Assembly: GCA_046050355.1 (NCBI GenBank)
Contig: JBJOPW010000003.1
Span: 21,760-85,759 of the forward strand
Source of the DNA: Candidatus Parcubacteria bacterium
Lineage (GTDB): Bacteria > Patescibacteriota > Minisyncoccia > Phycocordibacterales > UBA918
Length of the DNA stretch: 64,000 bases
Direction: 5' to 3'
This document shows, piece by piece, positions 58,076-64,000 of the stretch. The translations under genes were made by a program, and so were the position numbers. Position 1 is the stretch's first letter. The number at the start of each line of letters is the position of its first letter. Below the pieces are notes generated by a model that was given only the letters and a program-made list of their open reading frames with translations, did not search any database and was not told the origin of the DNA.

Positions 58076-58198
58076 CTAAGATTTCAGAAACGGATGGGAT
58101 TTGAGGCGAAAGGCTAAAATAAATTGAAGTGGCTGATTGCACATTGAAAGTTATTTTTGGCCTTTCAACAAAGAAGGCCATCATTTCTGGAAGCTTAG
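58076..58198. mobile_element. MITE-like element, family B copy 3
   Basis: CTAAGATTTCAGAAA / TTTCTGGAAGCTTAG ends; GATTTGAGGCG..CACATTGA..CAACAAAGAAG core. Confidence 0.55.
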
Positions 58199-58476
58199 GC
58201 CCTACTCTTCTTAAAGCAATCCATGCACTTTAAATTCGAAGTATCCCGGGGTGTAAACGGCAAGCTCGTAATCGCCGCCCCACAGCCACTACAGGACCAA
58301 TTCCCCTCCACCCGTGGTTTTGGCGCACTAGCGTCACCACCACCTTGAGCACTGCCTTCATCGCGCTTTTTCATAAAGCAGTTACGGCAGGTAAGGCCGT
58401 CGGTACGCTTTGGTTCAAATGGTAATTCAGTAATCTCTCCCCCACAGGTGCTACAGGTCCAGTTGCCTTGATACAT
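58195..58476 (-). CDS. Tandem CxxC-x17-CxxC zinc-ribbon protein
   Basis: Two GNW.CS.CG..IT.LPF.P..C..CF repeats. Confidence 0.85.
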   Translation of the reverse strand: MYQGNWTCSTCGGEITELPFEPKRTDGLTCRNCFMKKRDEGSAQGGGDASAPKPRVEGNWSCSGCGAAITSLPFTPRDTSNLKCMDCFKKSRA

Positions 58477-58491
58477 ATGCAAATATTCAAA

Positions 58492-58794
58492 TTAGGTAAA
58501 TCTCGTCAAATCTCGTTTAATAACTTTTTCGTGACTCTTTTGTAGTGCGGTGTCGAGGTTAAGTTCGTGAGCATTGGCAAAACAAGCGAGTGCATACAGT
58601 ATATCACCAAGCTCATCTTCAAGTGCTTGATTGGCCTCACTGGCTTTGCGCTTTTTGGGACCATACTCATGATTCACCACGCGCGCCAGCTCCCCCACTT
58701 CTTCGGTGATACGAGCTAGCATCTCGTGGGGGGTCCAATACGCCCAGCCGTGGGTCGCCATCCACTCATGAATTATCTTTTGCTCCTTGTTCAT
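58492..58794 (-). CDS. MazG-like nucleotide pyrophosphohydrolase
   Basis: EEVGELAR, EDELGDIL. Confidence 0.9.
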   Translation of the reverse strand: MNKEQKIIHEWMATHGWAYWTPHEMLARITEEVGELARVVNHEYGPKKRKASEANQALEDELGDILYALACFANAHELNLDTALQKSHEKVIKRDLTRFT

Positions 58795-58911
58795 AAAATA
58801 AATTGGTATTTTGACGCATTACTTTGTTAGTTTACGGTAAAATAATCGTCATCGTACGAAAGTACGTCTCATATTATTTTCCTTGACTGCCTCGTACTGC
58901 ATGCAAAATCT

Positions 58912-60591
58912 CTATTTATTGTGTATTGCAGCCTTTATAAAGGCAGTGAACACCGGATGCGGAGCCAGTGGCCTGGCGGTCAATTCTGGGTGGAACTGCG
59001 TGCCAAGGAAAAATGGGTGGACCGACTTTGGGAGCTCGACCATCTCCATAAGGCGACCATCGGGTGAGGAAGCACCAAAGACGAGCCCAGCCGCTTCAAG
59101 ATCAGCGACATAATCCGGATTCACCTCGTAGCGATGACGGTGACGTTCATGAATAGTGGTAGCTTTGTAGGCTTCGTACGCCACACTACCCTTCTTGACC
59201 GTCGCCTCATACGTACCGAGTCGCATGGTACCACCGAGTTCCTTCTTGGCTATCTTCTCACGCTGTTCGGACATGATGCCAATCACCAGATGTTCGGCTT
59301 TGGGGTCAATCTCTTCAGTCGAGACAGATGTGAGCTTGAGGACATTGCGAGCATACTCGAGGACTGCCAGCTGCATACCATAGCAAATACCAAAATACGG
59401 AATCTTCTTGGTACGGGCGTATTCAATGACCTTGAGTTTGCCCTCAATGCCAGTCTTACCAAAACCGCCCGGGACGAGAATGCCGTCAAATGCATCAAGG
59501 TCTTTGAGCGGTCTCTTACCAGTTTCAAAATCGAGTGACGAAAGGTACGTAATTTCGGCTTTGGTGCCGAGCTTATACGCCGAATACTTGATGGCTTCAA
59601 GCACTGAGATATAGACATCCGAAAGTACAAAGTCGCCAGAACTAAAATACTTACCCACGACCGCAATCTTCGTCACGGACTTGGTTGTCTTTGATCGACT
59701 CACAAACTGCTTCCAGGCTTTGAGGTCACTTGGTTTTGGTTTGAGACCGAGGATATCGCAAAGGGCGGTCGAGACACCTTCTTTTTCAAAATTGAGTGGA
59801 ATATCGTAGATACTCTTCACGTCTGGTGCTGATATCACATGCTCTGGCCGTACATTACAAAAGCGCGATAGTTTTTCTTTGCGCTTTTGGTCAATTGGCT
59901 CAGTGCTCCGCGCCACAATCAGGTCGGCAAATACGCCAGCGCTATTGAGAGCACGAACCGCGGTCTGAGTCGGTTTCGTCTTCATCTCGCCGATACTACC
60001 CGGGACCGGTAGGTAGGATACCATCACCACCGCGACGTCTTCTGGCGCCTCGCTCTTCATCATACGAACGGCTTCAAGGAACAACACATTTTGGTATTCA
60101 CCAACAGTGCCCCCAACTTCAGTAATAACGACATCCGCCTTAGCTGCTACTCCAGCTTTTTTGATTCGATCAATAACCTCAAGCGGAATGTCTGGCACTA
60201 CTTCAACGTTACGTCCACCGTATTCAAGATTACGTTCTTTTTTTATCACCGATAGGTAGACGCTGCCGGTGGTCATATAGTTTATCGCTGGTAGGTCAAT
60301 ATTGAGGAAACGCTCGTAATTTCCCATATCCTGATCAGTCTCAAGGCCGTCCTTAAGCACAAAACACTCGCCGTGCTCGGTCGGGTTCATGGTACCCGCA
60401 TCTACATTGATATACGGATCAATTTTGATAGCCGTTACAGCCAGTCCCCGACCTTGCAGGGTAAGTGCAATCGATGACGATGACACGCCCTTCCCCACAC
60501 CACTCATGACTCCACCGACGATAAAGATGTACTTGGGGTGTTTGTTCTTGGTCAAGCCTGTCATCTTCTTGGTCTTGCGGGTCGTGGTCAT
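58912..60591 (-). CDS. pyrG: CTP synthase
   Basis: GGVMSGVGKG, KIDPYINVDAGTMNP, KTKPTQ, GICYG, QFHPE. Confidence 0.98.
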   Translation of the reverse strand: MTTTRKTKKMTGLTKNKHPKYIFIVGGVMSGVGKGVSSSSIALTLQGRGLAVTAIKIDPYINVDAGTMNPTEHGECFVLKDGLETDQDMGNYERFLNIDLPAINYMTTGSVYLSVIKKERNLEYGGRNVEVVPDIPLEVIDRIKKAGVAAKADVVITEVGGTVGEYQNVLFLEAVRMMKSEAPEDVAVVMVSYLPVPGSIGEMKTKPTQTAVRALNSAGVFADLIVARSTEPIDQKRKEKLSRFCNVRPEHVISAPDVKSIYDIPLNFEKEGVSTALCDILGLKPKPSDLKAWKQFVSRSKTTKSVTKIAVVGKYFSSGDFVLSDVYISVLEAIKYSAYKLGTKAEITYLSSLDFETGKRPLKDLDAFDGILVPGGFGKTGIEGKLKVIEYARTKKIPYFGICYGMQLAVLEYARNVLKLTSVSTEEIDPKAEHLVIGIMSEQREKIAKKELGGTMRLGTYEATVKKGSVAYEAYKATTIHERHRHRYEVNPDYVADLEAAGLVFGASSPDGRLMEMVELPKSVHPFFLGTQFHPELTARPLAPHPVFTAFIKAAIHNK

Positions 60592-60611
60592 AGGTGGAAC
60601 TATAAAATTTA

Positions 60612-61532
60612 TTAAACGCGTAGATAGCGTGTGATAGCGAGGATACTGGAAACCAGTCCGAGCCCAACGCCTATACCGACAATCGTGAGGAAAATGGAAC
60701 CAAAGTTATTAACGAAATAAACGTAGAGATCAAACTCGAAGAATTCGGCGGTCGCTGGTCCTATCCAAATCATTATTGGATACAAAAGAGCGAGTGTCAG
60801 GATACCAGCAATCACGCCATACATGACACCCTGAAGCATAAATGGTCCACGAATAAAGGCGTTGCTCGCACCCACGAGACGCATCACCGAGATCTCTTCT
60901 CGAGCAGTATAAATGGCTAGACGAATGGTATTGAACGTAATAAGTACCGCTGCAATGATAAGCACTACCATAGTGATGGTGCTTGCTTGTTCAACGGCAT
61001 TAATTATTTTTGTCAGGGTAGTAATCGATTCTTTATTATCAGCATAATTAATCTCATCAATCAGCGGTGCCTGGGCCGTCTCTTGGGCTTTTTGTTCATC
61101 GAGGAAGCGAGCGATACTTTCGTATTGAGAAGTCTCTGTCGCTCGAATGGCAATCGTAGCACCGAGTGGGTTTTCACCAAGTTCTTCGAGTGCCTGCATG
61201 GCCACACTATCGTTTTGGTTTTTCAGTCGATATTCGGTTAAAGCATCCTCCCGCGAGGTGTACTGTACCGCAGCGACATCGGGGAGTGATTCGACTTTTG
61301 TTTTCAAGGCCAAAATATCCGATTCTTCGGCGTTCGTCACAAAATAGACATTGATATCAACTTTTGATTGTATATTAGTTAGAGAGACCGTGAGCAGTTG
61401 ATCAAGCAGCATCGTCATCGCAATCACAAAAAGCGCCACGGTGATAACAAAGATTGACGCCAAAGAGACATAAGCACTGCGCCAAAAACCAATAAACCCA
61501 GACCGTACCACTCGCCGAAGACTCGTAATCAT
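60612..61532 (-). CDS. ftsX: Cell division permease FtsX
   Basis: NTIRLAIY..REEI.VMRLVGA..FIRGPF. Confidence 0.93.
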   Translation of the reverse strand: MITSLRRVVRSGFIGFWRSAYVSLASIFVITVALFVIAMTMLLDQLLTVSLTNIQSKVDINVYFVTNAEESDILALKTKVESLPDVAAVQYTSREDALTEYRLKNQNDSVAMQALEELGENPLGATIAIRATETSQYESIARFLDEQKAQETAQAPLIDEINYADNKESITTLTKIINAVEQASTITMVVLIIAAVLITFNTIRLAIYTAREEISVMRLVGASNAFIRGPFMLQGVMYGVIAGILTLALLYPIMIWIGPATAEFFEFDLYVYFVNNFGSIFLTIVGIGVGLGLVSSILAITRYLRV

Positions 61533-61540
61533 ACCCCAAT

Positions 61541-62224
61541 TTATAGCACGTACTTACCACTTTCGTCGTCCCGAATTATCCGACCACCATCCATGGTAAT
61601 CACCCGGCGACCGAGTTCATCAATTACTCCTTTGTTGTGAGTAGTCATCACCACCGTGGTACCAAGATCATTGATCTTTTTTAAAATCTGCACCACTTCG
61701 TAGGTAGCAATTGGATCAAGGTTACCAGTTGGTTCATCTGCAATAATAATATCCGGTTGATTCACAATCGCCCGCGCAATCGCGACCCGCTGCTTTTCAC
61801 CACCAGAAAGTTCGTTCGGAAAGTTCCAGGCTTTATCAGCAAGATCAACAAGCGCCAGGGCCTGGGGGACATTCTCAGCAATCTCTTCGTCGCTACGGCC
61901 GTTCGCCTCCATCGCAAAAGCGATATTTTCAAATGCAGTTTTATTAGGAAGAAGTTTAAAGTCCTGAAATACCGTACCAATTTTGCGGCGGTAGTGTGGA
62001 AGTCTCGTCTTCGGGATGCGGTGGATGTCGAGTGACTCAAAAAAGACATTGCCGTGGGTTGGTTTATCTTCGGCAATAATCATCTTGAGGAGGGTAGTCT
62101 TGCCTGCACCCGAGTGCCCTACTATCGACACAAACTCTTTTGGATCTATCTGAAAAGTAATTTCTTCCAAAGCTGCCTGACGGCCATCATTGTAGAGTTT
62201 TGAAACTTTATCAAAGTAAATCAT
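61541..62224 (-). CDS. ftsE: Cell division ATP-binding protein FtsE
   Basis: GHSGAGKT, VFQDFKLL, LSGGEKQR, ADEPTGNLD; next to ftsX. Confidence 0.95.
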   Translation of the reverse strand: MIYFDKVSKLYNDGRQAALEEITFQIDPKEFVSIVGHSGAGKTTLLKMIIAEDKPTHGNVFFESLDIHRIPKTRLPHYRRKIGTVFQDFKLLPNKTAFENIAFAMEANGRSDEEIAENVPQALALVDLADKAWNFPNELSGGEKQRVAIARAIVNQPDIIIADEPTGNLDPIATYEVVQILKKINDLGTTVVMTTHNKGVIDELGRRVITMDGGRIIRDDESGKYVL

Positions 62225-62238
62225 ATAACCTTTCTATT

Positions 62239-63111
62239 TTACGTTACTTCGGGCTTCGCGTCGAGGAAAGCCTGTATATCACCAGCTAATACCTGATCAA
62301 TTTGGCGTACTTCCACCCCCGTACGGTGGTCTTTGACCAATTGGTAGGGATGGAGCACATACGACCGAATCTGACTCCCCCACTCGATTTTGACGGTCTT
62401 CTCAATCGACAAGCCCTGGAGTTCGCGACGATGCTGTTCTTCACGGAACGCAATGAGCTTGCCGGCTATAAGGGAGAGAGCGCGTTCACGATTCTGCTGC
62501 TGACTCCGCTCGGTCGAGACATGGACAGAGATGTTGGTCGGGATATGCGTGATCCGGACTGCGGTCTCGCGTTTGTTGACGTTTTGGCCACCAGCACCGC
62601 CAGAGCGTGCAAAGGAGATTTCGAGTTCATCATCAGGAATGGCGACACTTGCCACATCATCTATCAGTGGTGATACTTCTACGAGCGTGAATGATGTTTG
62701 GCGTTTGCCATTACTATTAAACGGCGATATGCGCACGAGGCGATGGACACCTGACTCTAAGGCCAGAGTGCCGTAGGCCCCTTTACCCGAGACAAGTACC
62801 ACCACATTACGATAGCCGCCATGATCATTTTCATTACTATCAAGTTCGGTCACGCTCCAACCCCGCCCTTCAGCGTAGCGCCGGTACATCTCAAGAAGCA
62901 TCCGCGCAAAGTCTTCGGCATCGTCCCCTCCCGCTCCTGCCACAATCGTCATCACCGCCGGATTACGGTCATACTTTCCTTCGCCTGACGCTTCTGACTT
63001 GAGATCCTGAAGCTCTTTGATCATCGCTTGCGCTTTCCCACTGTCTTGCCAAAAAGTTGGGAGAAGCATGGCCGCTTCAATCTCGGCGATACGGATGGTT
63101 GGGTCGGTCAT
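62239..63111 (-). CDS. prfB: Peptide chain release factor 2 (shortened domain 1)
   Basis: SPF and GGQ motifs, WGSQIRSYVLHPY. Confidence 0.93.
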   Translation of the reverse strand: MTDPTIRIAEIEAAMLLPTFWQDSGKAQAMIKELQDLKSEASGEGKYDRNPAVMTIVAGAGGDDAEDFARMLLEMYRRYAEGRGWSVTELDSNENDHGGYRNVVVLVSGKGAYGTLALESGVHRLVRISPFNSNGKRQTSFTLVEVSPLIDDVASVAIPDDELEISFARSGGAGGQNVNKRETAVRITHIPTNISVHVSTERSQQQNRERALSLIAGKLIAFREEQHRRELQGLSIEKTVKIEWGSQIRSYVLHPYQLVKDHRTGVEVRQIDQVLAGDIQAFLDAKPEVT

Positions 63112-63220
63112 AATTGGTAGAGTATAGCAAATTTCTCCAAAGGCGGGTAAGGTCGAAATTGACTGCAGTAACAAACGTGATACTCATCACGTTTTCCCCT
63201 GTCTAAAATTTTCTTCTAAA

Positions 63221-63246
63221 ATTTGAGCCGATGGTCGGGTTTGAAC
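63221..63246 (-). pseudogene. Remnant 3' end (T-loop and acceptor strand) of a second tRNA-Thr-like gene
   Basis: GTTCAAACCCGACCATCGGCTCAAAT parallels GTTCGATCCTCCGAGTCGGCTCAAAT of the intact tRNA. Confidence 0.55.
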
Positions 63247-63258
63247 TTTGCGTATTTG

Positions 63259-63331
63259 AGCCGACTCGGAGGATCGAACTCCGGACCTTGTCGTTACGAG
63301 TGACACGCTCTACCAACTGAGCTAAGACGGC
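63259..63331 (-). tRNA. tRNA-Thr(CGT)
   Basis: GCCG acceptor, AGCTCAGTTGGTAGAGC D-arm, loop CTCGTAA. Confidence 0.9.
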
Positions 63332-63363
63332 TTTATCGTGATAATAATTTAATATCTATAAAA

Positions 63364-63807
63364 TCACAAGCGTAATTCTTTTGCCTTTTGTGCACGTTTA
63401 CTTGCTGCTCGGTTTTTCCTGCCTCTACCTTTATTCAGTGCAGCAAAAGTTGGACTCAGAGCATCACAATTTGGACAAACAAGTCGTAAGTTATTTTCTG
63501 TATTATTCATCCAGTTACCATCAATATGGTCGGCTACCAATGGCACTCTTTGGGTTACAGGGTTAATTTTTGACCAACCACACAAAATGCACTTATCTTG
63601 ATATTTTTTTCGCAAATAAAATTTTACCTGACTCGAAACTAATCCAATACTGTTTAAGCCGGTAATTTCTCCAGCTTTCCATTTATTAATATATACAGCT
63701 CGTTCAAAATCTCTTTGACATTGGTTGCTGCAATAAATATATGTCGCTTTTGCCGGCTCCTTACCACATTGACGACAATTATTTCTTGGTTTCTTTGGAT
63801 TAGCCAT
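63364..63807 (-). CDS. HNH endonuclease with N-terminal zinc finger
   Basis: C..CG..YCSNQC; C..CGW..DHIDGN..NN...NL..CPNC; AT-rich. Confidence 0.85.
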   Translation of the reverse strand: MANPKKPRNNCRQCGKEPAKATYIYCSNQCQRDFERAVYINKWKAGEITGLNSIGLVSSQVKFYLRKKYQDKCILCGWSKINPVTQRVPLVADHIDGNWMNNTENNLRLVCPNCDALSPTFAALNKGRGRKNRAASKRAQKAKELRL

Positions 63808-64000
63808 TTATTCTATAATAACCCAACCGCATTCCTTATTTGTAAATATTTGTGGTCTTCGGTTGTTGATAAATAAACTTATAATTAATTTGATTTCAAA
63901 TGGTTTTTTGGTATGATGCTGTACGTTACCGCATGTAAACGCAAGTGCACAATGGGTAACACCAGGAAACGTCGTCCGTAACTATAATGGACTAAGCGGC

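Noticed and set aside
63111-63200. Upstream prfB segment with a +1 frameshift
   Set aside because: No CTT-TGA site with an internal SD is visible; a -10 box directly precedes the downstream ATG
1-64000. CRISPR array or cas genes
   Set aside because: No regularly spaced direct repeats and no Cas motifs seen
63960-64000. Start of a real 23S rRNA gene
   Set aside because: Similarity is limited to about 30 nt of an internal helix and the upstream sequence is not rRNA; kept only as a possible mimic

Overview
Gene-dense bacterial chromosome segment. Gene content and style point to a Patescibacteria/CPR (Parcubacteria-like) genome; this is inferred from the trimmed ValRS and RF2, near-leaderless genes, cohesin-type surface proteins and tRNA-adjacent endonuclease-like ORFs. 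Housekeeping genes: ftsZ (5'-truncated by the window), trxB-like, tsaD, valS, lepA, murJ, mltG, rlmB, msrAB, guaC, pyrG, ftsEX, prfB. Also present: six tRNAs (Glu, Val, Phe, Arg, Gln, Thr), several metal/redox genes and a Phd-MazF toxin-antitoxin pair. Most notable: (1) a ~9 kb cell-surface cluster combining cohesin, dockerin, DUF916/chaperone-like and two paralogous WxL/pilin-like proteins; (2) two families of dispersed structured non-coding elements, one ending at stop codons and one trailing tRNAs/ftsZ, with inverted copies of the tRNA-Phe 3' end at the tRNA-Phe locus; (3) endonuclease-like genes directly upstream of tRNAs, one with a remnant of a displaced tRNA; (4) two leader-peptide/terminator cassettes; (5) a 23S helix-69-like hairpin at the right edge. 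No CRISPR array, rRNA operon, integrase or transposase was recognised. All family calls come from reading motifs; no searches were run.
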